Source: Bdellovibrionales bacterium Ga0074139
Lineage (GTDB): Bacteria > Bdellovibrionota > Bdellovibrionia > Bdellovibrionales > Bdellovibrionaceae
Length of the DNA: 64,000 nt
NCBI GenBank assembly: GCA_001464795.1
Contig: LNEB01000001.1
Coordinates: 57,924-121,923 of the forward strand
Reading direction: 5' to 3'
Under the pieces are notes generated by a model, which saw only the letters and a program-made list of their open reading frames with translations, searched no databases and had not been told where the DNA came from. Position numbers and translations under genes: made by a program. This document shows positions 1 to 8,747 of the stretch, piece after piece. Positions within the stretch are counted from its first letter, which is position 1. Every line of letters starts with the position of its first letter.

Positions 1-30
1 AATGAAATTAGTCGATGGCCACTGGGCTCG

Positions 31-59
31 TTGACGCTTGCCAGATTATTGGATAGGAT
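31..59 (+). promoter_or_regulatory. candidate sigma70 promoter for bamA
   Basis: TTGACG (31-36), a 17-nt spacer, then TAGGAT (54-59). It lies about 45 nt upstream of the ATG at 104. Sequence match only. Confidence 0.3.
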
Positions 60-103
60 TCACTCACTTTGCTGATAAGCCCCTGAAAGGACTTACAATT
101 TTA

Positions 104-2473
104 ATGATTTTTCAACGCTTGTGTTTGCCTCTTGTAAGTCTCGCTATGTGTTGTTTGGGTGTTTCGACGCCATTGTTTGCGCAATCTGTTAAGAAAGCTG
201 CGGCTCCTTCTTTGGTGACGGGCTTTGATGTTCAGGGTCAAAAGCGACTTGAAAAAGACGCTGTTCTAGGAAAAGTGGTTTCTGAAGTTAATAAGCCTCT
301 GGATCCTGAAAAAGTCAGACAGGATATTTTGAATCTATTTGCCACGGGCTTTTTTGAATCTGTGGATGTGACTTTTGAAAAGGGAATTTTAAAATACACA
401 GTAAAAGAAAAGCCTGTACTTGCTGAGCTCAAGTTTGAAGGTAACAAAGAGTTAAAGGCTGATGAGCTGCAAGAGGCCGCAGGTTACAAGACCTTTGAAA
501 TTTTCAATCAAGCAAAACTCAAAGAATCCATCGATAAAATGCTGAAGCTTTATGAAGACAAGGGCTTTTATCTTGTTCGTATCGAACCTCAGATCACCAT
601 GACGGAATCCGGTGAACGAGTGAATTTAGTTTTCAAGATCACAGAAAACGAAAAAGTCCGAGTTAAAACAATTCACTTTATCGGTAATAACAAACTCACC
701 GATGCCTATTTGAAATCCAAACTTGCAACACAAGAAGAAGGTTATTTTACAGCCATCAGTGGATCCGGGCAATTCAAGCAAGATGCCTTCGAACGTGACA
801 CACAAATTTTACGTTTTCTTTATTATAACCAAGGTTATGTAAAAGCCAAAGTCGATCGACCCACAGTGGCCTTAACTCCCGATCGGTTGGGTTTATATAT
901 TACTTTCCGAGTGGAAGAGGGCGAGCAATATAAAATTGGTGAAGTCGAATACTCAGGTGATTTATTATTCCCGACTGAGAAGCTCAAAGAGACCACAAAA
1001 ATTGATGACTCTGAAGTTTTTGCCTACGATGTTTTGCAAAAAGATCTTAATGACCTTCAAGCTTTGTACGGTGATTTAGGATATGCCTATGCTAACGTGA
1101 TTCCTAGAACACGCTTTAATGATGCAGATAAAATAGCGGACTTGGTATTTGAGTTTGATAAAGGTAACAAAGTTAAATTTGGTCGCATTACGGTCGTGGG
1201 TAATACAAAAACCCGGGACAAGGTTTTAAGGCGTGAATTACGAATTTATGAAGGTGAGCTTTATAACGAAACCAAACGCCGTCAATCTTTAGAAAATATT
1301 CAGCGTTTGGGATTTTTTGAAGAAGTGAATTTTCGCACTTCTACACCTCTAAATGATCCCGATTTGATGGACATTGATATTGTGGTGAAAGAGCGTAACA
1401 CAGGGCAAATACAAATTGGCGCAGGTTACAGCACAGCCACGGGTCTTGCACTTCAAGGCTCTGTCCAGCAAACCAACTTTCGTGGTCTGGGGCAAAACCT
1501 AGGCGTTTCTTTGCAGTTGTCTGATCAGTACAGTCAGTACGATGTCAGTTTCACGGAACCCTATTACAAAGATTCTGATTGGGCTGTGGGCGGCAGGCTA
1601 TTTAGAAATGAAACCTCGGGTCGTCTTGACTACGATGAAACAAAAACGGGTGCAGGATTGTTTGCCAGTTATCCCATCGCCGAGTATTTGCGAGCCGGTG
1701 TGAATTACACTTATTCAGCAGCACGGCTTGATAAAGTGGTCGTTAACGGTGAGCAATTGACTGACGATCTTTTATTCCCTTTGGATACAGCCAGTGGTGA
1801 TGCAGGTCTTCTAGGATTTTCCATCGAGTACGACACAAGAAATGATCGCTTTCGTCCTTCAAAGGGAATTTATTCAAGACTGGCTTATTCTCACTCGGGG
1901 CTTCTGGGTGGAAATTTAAATTACTATAAAGCCAGTGCCGATTACCGGTTTTTCAAAAATTTATTTTGGGATGTCACCTGGAGAAATAATCTCACCTACG
2001 CTCGTATCGAAAACACGATCAGTGGCGAAAAAGTTCCCTTCAATGAGTTGTATGTTTTGGGTGGACCTTACACTTTAAGAGGTTATCGATTTTCGACTGT
2101 GGGTCGTCGACAGTTTTCACAAAAACTTTCCAATCGTTTCCAGCAGCCTCCACCAGCAGGAAGTGGACTTTCTAAAGAACGTGCAGACATTTTAGCCAAC
2201 CGTGTATACGGCGGAGAACAACAGGTGATGTATCAAACGGAAGTCATGTTTCCTTTGATTCGTGAAGCTGAAATGTATGGAGTCGCCTTTTATGATATCG
2301 GTGCCGCCGAAGACGAGCTGACCGCTGACAATTTTTTCTCGGATTGGGGTTTTGGTATCCGCTGGTTTTCGCCTCTTGGCCCATTGCGTTTCGAATGGGG
2401 GTTCCCAATCGATCGAGAACGCGTGTATCATGAAGCCTCAGTGTTTGAATTCTCAATAGGAACACCTTTTTGA
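104..2473 (+). CDS. bamA: outer membrane protein assembly factor BamA (Omp85 family)
   Basis: The ORF runs 38..2473 from a TTG. The in-frame ATG at 104 gives the signal peptide MIFQRLCLPLVSLAMCCLGVSTPLFA/QS. It has POTRA-like repeats, then a beta-barrel with the LRGY loop motif and an aromatic C-terminus (...SIGTPF). skp and lpx genes follow immediately. Confidence 0.9.
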   Translation: MIFQRLCLPLVSLAMCCLGVSTPLFAQSVKKAAAPSLVTGFDVQGQKRLEKDAVLGKVVSEVNKPLDPEKVRQDILNLFATGFFESVDVTFEKGILKYTVKEKPVLAELKFEGNKELKADELQEAAGYKTFEIFNQAKLKESIDKMLKLYEDKGFYLVRIEPQITMTESGERVNLVFKITENEKVRVKTIHFIGNNKLTDAYLKSKLATQEEGYFTAISGSGQFKQDAFERDTQILRFLYYNQGYVKAKVDRPTVALTPDRLGLYITFRVEEGEQYKIGEVEYSGDLLFPTEKLKETTKIDDSEVFAYDVLQKDLNDLQALYGDLGYAYANVIPRTRFNDADKIADLVFEFDKGNKVKFGRITVVGNTKTRDKVLRRELRIYEGELYNETKRRQSLENIQRLGFFEEVNFRTSTPLNDPDLMDIDIVVKERNTGQIQIGAGYSTATGLALQGSVQQTNFRGLGQNLGVSLQLSDQYSQYDVSFTEPYYKDSDWAVGGRLFRNETSGRLDYDETKTGAGLFASYPIAEYLRAGVNYTYSAARLDKVVVNGEQLTDDLLFPLDTASGDAGLLGFSIEYDTRNDRFRPSKGIYSRLAYSHSGLLGGNLNYYKASADYRFFKNLFWDVTWRNNLTYARIENTISGEKVPFNELYVLGGPYTLRGYRFSTVGRRQFSQKLSNRFQQPPPAGSGLSKERADILANRVYGGEQQVMYQTEVMFPLIREAEMYGVAFYDIGAAEDELTADNFFSDWGFGIRWFSPLGPLRFEWGFPIDRERVYHEASVFEFSIGTPF

Positions 2474-2501
2474 GATCAGTTTATTTTTTGAAGGAGTTAT
2501 T

Positions 2502-3002
2502 ATGAAAAAATCGATTTTATTATGTTCACTTTTTTTAGCCAATACAGTTTTTGCTGCTGACATGAAAATTGGTCTGGTTGATATGCAAAAAGCCATTCAA
2601 TCAACAACAGCTGGAAAAAAAGCAAAGACAGAATTAGAAGCTGAGTTTGAAAAAAGAAAAAAAGATTTACAGAAAAGAGAAGCGGACTTGAAAAAAATGA
2701 ATGATGACTTGGAAAAAAAGAAGTCGGTCATGTCTGAAGAAGTTCTGGGTCGTAAGCAAGTTGAGCTTCAAGAGGAAATGATGAAGTACCGCGAGATTTT
2801 GAATAAAAATCAAACTGAAATTCAGAAAAAAGAACGTGACCTCACTCAGCCGATTTTAGAAAAGATGCGTAAGACAATCGCTGAAGTGGCTAAAGAGGGT
2901 GGTTACTCTTATGTGATGGAAAATTCACCCATGGTGCTTTTTGCCGATGGCGGCCACGATCTCACTGATAAAGTGATCAAGGCTTTCGAAAAAACAAAAT
3001 AA
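2502..3002 (+). CDS. skp: periplasmic chaperone Skp/OmpH
   Basis: 166 aa with signal peptide MKKSILLCSLFLANTVFA and a Lys/Glu-rich coiled-coil body. RBS GAAGGAG upstream. Canonical position after bamA. Confidence 0.8.
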   Translation: MKKSILLCSLFLANTVFAADMKIGLVDMQKAIQSTTAGKKAKTELEAEFEKRKKDLQKREADLKKMNDDLEKKKSVMSEEVLGRKQVELQEEMMKYREILNKNQTEIQKKERDLTQPILEKMRKTIAEVAKEGGYSYVMENSPMVLFADGGHDLTDKVIKAFEKTK

Positions 3003-3832
3003 TGGGTTCACCAAAAATACATCCTACCAGTGTCCTATCCGCTGACGTCGAGCTCGATCAAGATGTCGAAATAGGACCCTATTGTCTGATTCAAGGTAAA
3101 GTGAAAATCGGTCGCGGAACTTTTATCGAAGGTCATGCGACTGTTGGTTACAGAACCGGTTCGATTGTTCTTGGTGATAACAATCATATTTCTCCGGGTG
3201 CTGTCATTGGTGGTCCCCCTCAAGATATCTCTTTTAAGGGCGAACCCACGCAACTCATTATCGGTAGTAACAATGTGTTTCGCGAATTTTCCACTGTGAA
3301 TTTAGCCACTTCTAAAGCCGACGGTAAAACAGAAGTGGGAAATAACTGCTATTTTATGTCCTACACCCACGTGGGCCACGATTGCAAAATTGGCAACAAT
3401 GTTATTATGGCCAATAATACTCATCTTGGTGGTCACTGCGAAATCGAGGACGGAGTTGTTATCGGTGGAGTTTGTGCGTTTAATCAATTTACTAAAGTTG
3501 GGAAAAACGCATTTATTGCAGGCAGCTCCACAGTTAATAAAGATATTTTACCATTTTCAAGGGCTCAAGGAAATTGGGCGCTGATTCGAGCCACTAATAA
3601 AGTGGGGCTTTTACGAAAGGGCTTTTCAAAGCAAGAAGTTACCAATGTTCACAAAGCCATTCGAATTATTACCATGGGTAAAGGCACTATTGATGAAGCA
3701 TTGGCTAGAATCCAAAGTGAATGCACAGCCAGTGAAAACATCGATTATCTTGTGCATTTTGTTAGAAGCTCAAAACGTGGTTTAGCTATATCCAGAAAAT
3801 CGGATTCTTCCATGTCTGAAGGTGAAGAGTGA
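3002..3832 (+). CDS. lpxA: acyl-ACP--UDP-N-acetylglucosamine (or UDP-GlcNAc3N) O/N-acyltransferase LpxA
   Basis: Left-handed beta-helix hexapeptide repeats. Collinear by eye with E. coli LpxA (IHPTS..., GPYCLI, GEPT.L.IG, HVGHDC.IGN, GGH..I.D, NKVGL.R.GFS). The TAATG start overlaps the skp stop. Confidence 0.85.
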   Translation: MGSPKIHPTSVLSADVELDQDVEIGPYCLIQGKVKIGRGTFIEGHATVGYRTGSIVLGDNNHISPGAVIGGPPQDISFKGEPTQLIIGSNNVFREFSTVNLATSKADGKTEVGNNCYFMSYTHVGHDCKIGNNVIMANNTHLGGHCEIEDGVVIGGVCAFNQFTKVGKNAFIAGSSTVNKDILPFSRAQGNWALIRATNKVGLLRKGFSKQEVTNVHKAIRIITMGKGTIDEALARIQSECTASENIDYLVHFVRSSKRGLAISRKSDSSMSEGEE

Positions 3833-4743
3833 AAAAACTAAGAACAGCTGTTCTAGGAGTTGGTTATCTTGGTTTTTTTCATGCTCAAAAGCACAAAGCC
3901 TCTGAGTATTCCGAATTCGTCGGCGTTTTTGATGCCAGTCCCGAGCGAGCAAAAAAAGTGGCAACTGACTTAGGATGTCTGTCCTTTTCTGAATTGTCTC
4001 AGCTTAAAAATCAAGTTGACGCTGTTACAATTGCCGCTAGCACCCAAGCTCATTTTGAAATCGCTATGTGGTGCTTAAGCAATGGAATTCACGTCAATGT
4101 GGAAAAACCTATTGCAGCTGAACTGCACCAAGCTGAAAAAATGATTCAACTTGCAAAACAAAACAAATTAAAACTATCTGTCGGCCACATCGAACGATTC
4201 AATCCATGTATGGATGAAATCAAAAAGTCCAATGTAAAGGCTGAATCTTTTGTTTTAAGAAGGCAGGGTCCTTTTAAAACTCGTGCTGCTGATGTCAGCG
4301 TTATGCATGATTTGATGATCCATGATGTGGATCTTTTAACCTGGTTGACCGGCTCACAGATCAAGTCCTCCCATGTGTTAAAAAGAAAAGTTTTTACACA
4401 AACCTGGGATTGGTCTGAAGTTCACGTGACATTAAGTAGCGGACAAACAGCAAGCTTGATTGCCAGCCGAGTTTCTCAAGCGGCTGATCGAAGTTTTCAG
4501 ATGATAGCAAAAGAAGAAACTCTTTGGGCTCATCTGGGTACCTTAGAATTGCAACACACAAAGCTTATCAATTTAAGTCTTCCAGAGCCTGTTTCCACGC
4601 GTACTTGGTCAGCTGAAAAAAGAGATGCTCTGCAATTTGAAACCAATGAGTTTTTAAAATGTATTATCAATGACTCTCCAGCCCCGGTATCGGGAGAAGA
4701 TGCCATGCAGGCACTTTCTTGGATTGAAGAATGGTCCAAGTAG
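3829..4743 (+). CDS. Gfo/Idh/MocA family oxidoreductase, GnnA-like (candidate UDP-GlcNAc 3-dehydrogenase)
   Basis: GTG start overlaps the lpxA stop by 4 nt. N-terminal Rossmann motif AVLGVGYLGFFHA, with EKP and GH.ERF motifs typical of the family. Sits between lpxA and lpxB. Confidence 0.65.
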   Translation: MKKLRTAVLGVGYLGFFHAQKHKASEYSEFVGVFDASPERAKKVATDLGCLSFSELSQLKNQVDAVTIAASTQAHFEIAMWCLSNGIHVNVEKPIAAELHQAEKMIQLAKQNKLKLSVGHIERFNPCMDEIKKSNVKAESFVLRRQGPFKTRAADVSVMHDLMIHDVDLLTWLTGSQIKSSHVLKRKVFTQTWDWSEVHVTLSSGQTASLIASRVSQAADRSFQMIAKEETLWAHLGTLELQHTKLINLSLPEPVSTRTWSAEKRDALQFETNEFLKCIINDSPAPVSGEDAMQALSWIEEWSK

Positions 4744-5888
4744 ATTCAACTTCTCCTTCAGTTATGATCGTGGCAGCCGAGGCTTCCAGTAGTCACTATG
4801 CCTTGAAGCTTCTTAAAAGCTGGAAAAAAACAAATCCCCGTTTACTTACTTTTGGTGTCGGCAGTCTGGCCATGGAAAAAGAAGGATTTGAAAGACTGGG
4901 TAAAGCCGAGGAAATGGCAGTGGTGGGTGTAACAGAGATTTTTTCTCAGTACTCACTGCTCAGATCAGTCTTTGATCAATTGGTTGCACAAGCTCAAATA
5001 AGAAAACCAAAAGTCGTTGTGGTCATGGACTACCCCGAGTTTAATTTAATGCTTGCAAAAAAACTGCACGCTTTAGGTATTAAAGTTGTTTACTACATTT
5101 CTCCGCAAGTATGGGCCTGGAGAAAAGGTCGAGTAAAAACCATTAAAAAATACTGTGATAAGGTTCTTTTATTGTTTCCGTTTGAAGTGCCCTTTTATGA
5201 AAAACATCAGGTGCCCTTTGAATTTGTCGGTCATCCATTGCTAGATGAAATAGAAGATAAATACTTTGATCCTGTTTTTAAAAAAAATCACCGCAATCGA
5301 TGTGGAATTCAGGATCATGAAATTGTACTTGGACTTATGCCAGGCAGTCGCCGTAAAGAACTTGAGTATCATTTACCTCAGCAGTTGAAAGTGGCCTCTG
5401 AGCTGTTGAAGAAACATCAAAATCTTAAGCTCGTTATTTTATGTGCACCTACTATCGAAAAAGATCAGATCTTAAATTATATGGATGATTTTAGACATCC
5501 CTTTCAGCTGGTTAAGAATGATCCTTTTGAGATGATCTCCTTAGTTGATGTTATGCTTGCAACATCAGGAACTGCCACTTTGCAAGTGGGCTTATTGGAA
5601 AAGCCAATGGTCATCATGTACAGAACCAGCTTGTTAACAGCAGTTCTTGGAAGACTCATTGTTAAAGGATACTTTGGCTTAGTAAACTTAATTTTAGGCG
5701 AAGAAGCTGTGCCGGAACGACTGCAATGGCAGGCCACTGACAAAGAACTTTTTCAACTGTTAGATCAATGGATAAAAAATCCAGAATCACAAAAGCCAGT
5801 GATTGAGAAATTAAAAAAATTAAAATTTAAATTAGGTGAGCGAGGAGCTTCTCAAAGAGTCATTGATGTACTTACGAGGTACCTTTGA
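4731..5888 (+). CDS. lpxB: lipid-A-disaccharide synthase LpxB
   Basis: 385 aa. N-terminal IVAAEASSSHYALKLL resembles the LpxB AGE(A/P)SGD motif, and there is a C-terminal GTATLQ glycosyltransferase motif. An alternative ATG at 4764 is possible. Confidence 0.85.
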   Translation: MVQVDSTSPSVMIVAAEASSSHYALKLLKSWKKTNPRLLTFGVGSLAMEKEGFERLGKAEEMAVVGVTEIFSQYSLLRSVFDQLVAQAQIRKPKVVVVMDYPEFNLMLAKKLHALGIKVVYYISPQVWAWRKGRVKTIKKYCDKVLLLFPFEVPFYEKHQVPFEFVGHPLLDEIEDKYFDPVFKKNHRNRCGIQDHEIVLGLMPGSRRKELEYHLPQQLKVASELLKKHQNLKLVILCAPTIEKDQILNYMDDFRHPFQLVKNDPFEMISLVDVMLATSGTATLQVGLLEKPMVIMYRTSLLTAVLGRLIVKGYFGLVNLILGEEAVPERLQWQATDKELFQLLDQWIKNPESQKPVIEKLKKLKFKLGERGASQRVIDVLTRYL

Positions 5889-6838
5889 TCCTTGCTCAAA
5901 TTTACGGATTTTTTTCAGGCCTTCATCGTCATTTGTATGAAGTTCAAATTTTAAAAAAAGTAAAACTATCGAAGCCTGTTTTTTCAGTTGGAAATCTGAC
6001 CATGGGTGGAAGTGGTAAAACACCCCTCACGCTTTATTTATATGATGAATTTCAAAAAAAAAATATTTCAGCAGCCATTGTTTGTCGCAGTTACAAAGCT
6101 AGTCTAAAACATTCTGAAGTGGTGCCTCTGGATGCAGATCCAGCAGTGTACGGTGATGAAGCTGTATTTTATAAAGCTAAACGACCTCATGCCACTGTCA
6201 TAAGTGGGCCTCGGAAAGCCAATAGCGCACGACTAGCTGATCAAGATAAAACAATTAAAGCTGTGCTTGTAGATGATGGATTCCAGCATCACAAATTGTT
6301 TAAAAATTGGAATTCTTTAGTTTTTGATCTATCAGTCAGTCAAAATAAATTATCCTCTTATCTTCGCGAGCCCTTAACTAAAATTCAATTAGCTGATGTT
6401 ATTTTTTACTCTCGTAAAAAACTTGCACAAAAGGATACAGAAGTTTTATTAAAAAAACATGTGCCTACTACAATACCTCAGTTTTACCTCGAGACCACCA
6501 ATCAAGTCAGTGATTTGAGTGGTAAAGAATCATTAATTGTTACGGCCATTGGTAACCCTTTGCAGTTTTTTGAACAAATGAAACAAGACCATCCAGGACA
6601 TCATTTTGATATCATTCACTATCCTGATCATCATCAATTCACTGAATTAGATATTTTAAGCATTGAATCTAAAGCCTTAAATAAAAAAATTTTTTGCACA
6701 GAAAAAGATTTTGTTAAAATTAAAAAATTAAATTTTAATCCTCTGCTGTGGACACCAGTTATTCAAAACTTGAAAATCATGCCAACTGATCAATGGGTTT
6801 CCTATTTTGATAAATTATGCCAGGAGAATCATCTTTGA
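5885..6838 (+). CDS. lpxK: tetraacyldisaccharide 4'-kinase LpxK
   Basis: P-loop VGNLTMGGSGKTP and DDGFQH motifs. The TTG start overlaps the lpxB stop. Confidence 0.85.
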   Translation: MILAQIYGFFSGLHRHLYEVQILKKVKLSKPVFSVGNLTMGGSGKTPLTLYLYDEFQKKNISAAIVCRSYKASLKHSEVVPLDADPAVYGDEAVFYKAKRPHATVISGPRKANSARLADQDKTIKAVLVDDGFQHHKLFKNWNSLVFDLSVSQNKLSSYLREPLTKIQLADVIFYSRKKLAQKDTEVLLKKHVPTTIPQFYLETTNQVSDLSGKESLIVTAIGNPLQFFEQMKQDHPGHHFDIIHYPDHHQFTELDILSIESKALNKKIFCTEKDFVKIKKLNFNPLLWTPVIQNLKIMPTDQWVSYFDKLCQENHL

Positions 6839-7710
6839 TAAAATTGATTTGCTTGTTTTTTTCTCTTTTTCCAAGAAAAGTGGTCAGGCTTTTTGGTAGA
6901 CCACTTGGAATATTATGGTTTGATATTTTAAGGTTTCGCAGACAAGTGGTTCTTAGTAATCTCAGAATTGCTTTTCCTGATTGGAGTGAAGAAAAAAGAA
7001 TTCAAATAGGCCGTCAATCTGTTTACAATATGTTAGATAATTTTTTTGAGTTATTTTTGATTCCTACAATAGATCAAAAGTGGATCGATCGAAATATCAT
7101 CTTTCATGATGAGCATCTTTTAAAAGAGGCTTTTGCAAAAAACAAAGGAGTTTTTCTTTTAAGTTTGCATCTTGGAAACGGGGACTTACTAGCCAACTTG
7201 CTGGCCTTTAAAAAATATCCAGTTTTTCTGATTACCAAGTTTTTTAGGTCTCAGTGGCTCAATCGACTTTGGTTTTCAGTTCGCGGGGCCCAAGGAGTTC
7301 AATACATTGAACCCCATGGTGAAAGAACTCCTTTTGCCATTTTGAAGGCCATAAAAAATAAGGCCTCTGTTGGTTTTGTTCTTGATCAGCATATGGGGCG
7401 TCCCTTTGGAGTGAGAAATGTTTTTTTTGGTCGTCCTGTTGGGACGGCCTACGGGCTTGCATTGTTTGTTCTCAAAACTCAGTCTCCAGTGGTTTTGGCT
7501 TACAACTACGAGGGCGCTGATGGCAAAAATCATGCAGTTTTTGAAACCATTGAAGGATTGGAAAAATTCTATCAAATCGATTCAGCTGATCGCGAGCAGA
7601 CTCTTGTCCTGTTAACGCAAGTGTTTACAGACAAAATTGAGGAAATTGTGAGAAGGTATCCAGAGCAGTGGATGTGGATTCATCGGCGCTGGAAGTGGAA
7701 AGGCTCATAA
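6817..7710 (+). CDS. lipid A biosynthesis (Kdo2-lipid IVA) late acyltransferase, LpxL/HtrB family
   Basis: 297 aa with an N-terminal membrane anchor, an HLGNGD (H-x4-D-like) acyltransferase motif, and a C-terminal ..PEQWMWIHRRWK typical of the family. Located in the lpx operon. Confidence 0.7.
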   Translation: MPGESSLIKLICLFFSLFPRKVVRLFGRPLGILWFDILRFRRQVVLSNLRIAFPDWSEEKRIQIGRQSVYNMLDNFFELFLIPTIDQKWIDRNIIFHDEHLLKEAFAKNKGVFLLSLHLGNGDLLANLLAFKKYPVFLITKFFRSQWLNRLWFSVRGAQGVQYIEPHGERTPFAILKAIKNKASVGFVLDQHMGRPFGVRNVFFGRPVGTAYGLALFVLKTQSPVVLAYNYEGADGKNHAVFETIEGLEKFYQIDSADREQTLVLLTQVFTDKIEEIVRRYPEQWMWIHRRWKWKGS

Positions 7711-8729
7711 TGAAATGGTTATTGATTCTATTTATGATGATTGGCCTGACTTCTTGTTCAAGTATATTAAAAATCGATCAAGAAAAAGAAAAGGAATTAG
7801 TTCTTAACTCAGATATTGATAAAAAATTAGTGATTGAAGAGTCAGTTGTTCATCCAGAAGTTATTAAGCCAACCACAAAAAAAGCCTCCATTGTAAAAGT
7901 TCCTCCTCCCTTGATCAAAGAGAAGAAAACGAATGAATCAGTTGTCTCTGCTGTTGCCAAGCGAGAACCTTCCATTGAAGACTCAGTGGGATTTTTAGGA
8001 AGAAGACCCATTCACGATCCCTTTCTAGTGGGTGAAAAAATAAAGCATGAAGTTTATTATAACTTTTTTAAAATCACAGCAGGGGAAATGAATTACTCCA
8101 CTTTGCCATTTAAAAATGTCAATGGTCGAAAGGCTTACCAGTTTGAAATTCAATTAAAAACAACCAGCTTGTTTTCTTCATTTTATGCAGTTGATGACAA
8201 AGTGAATGTTCTTGTTGATTATGATCTTTGGGTTCCTAGGCTTTATACTTTGCATGTAAAAGAATCATCTCAACTTCGTGAAGCTCGTCAGTATTTTGAT
8301 TTTGAAAACAATAAGGCCAGGTTTGAAGAAAAAAAAATCACCTCTAAAAAAGGTGTGGAAGAAAAAAAACAAGAGTGGGAACTTGCTCCCTATTCTCAGA
8401 ATGTTTTTAGTCTTATTTATTACATGAGGCTTTTTGCTTGGAAAGACGGGCAAGAGTACTCTTTTCGCGTGGCCGATGACGGTGAAAACTTAGTGTTCAA
8501 AGGTCGAGTTGTGGGTCGAGAAATTTTAAAAACTCCCCTTGGTGAAATGAAAGCCATTAAAATTAAACCAGAAATCACAGTTAAAGGTGCTTTTAAGCCT
8601 GTTGGTGACATCTTTATTTGGCTCTCAGATGATCCTAGAAAAATTCCCCTTCGAATTGAATCCAAAATCAAAATTGGCACCTTGGTGTCACAAATTTTGG
8701 ACTATCAGCCAGGCACGGCTCAGCCTTAG
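7710..8729 (+). CDS. DUF3108-like lipoprotein
   Basis: The ORF starts at 7668, but the ATG at 7710 (TAATG overlap with the upstream stop) gives the lipobox MKWLLILFMMIGLTSC. The C-terminal 250 aa resemble DUF3108 by eye (GE.I.HEVYYNFF.ITAGE..., ...IFIWLSDDPRKIPLRIE). Confidence 0.6.
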   Translation: MKWLLILFMMIGLTSCSSILKIDQEKEKELVLNSDIDKKLVIEESVVHPEVIKPTTKKASIVKVPPPLIKEKKTNESVVSAVAKREPSIEDSVGFLGRRPIHDPFLVGEKIKHEVYYNFFKITAGEMNYSTLPFKNVNGRKAYQFEIQLKTTSLFSSFYAVDDKVNVLVDYDLWVPRLYTLHVKESSQLREARQYFDFENNKARFEEKKITSKKGVEEKKQEWELAPYSQNVFSLIYYMRLFAWKDGQEYSFRVADDGENLVFKGRVVGREILKTPLGEMKAIKIKPEITVKGAFKPVGDIFIWLSDDPRKIPLRIESKIKIGTLVSQILDYQPGTAQP

Positions 8730-8747
8730 ATATGTTATTCTTATTTC

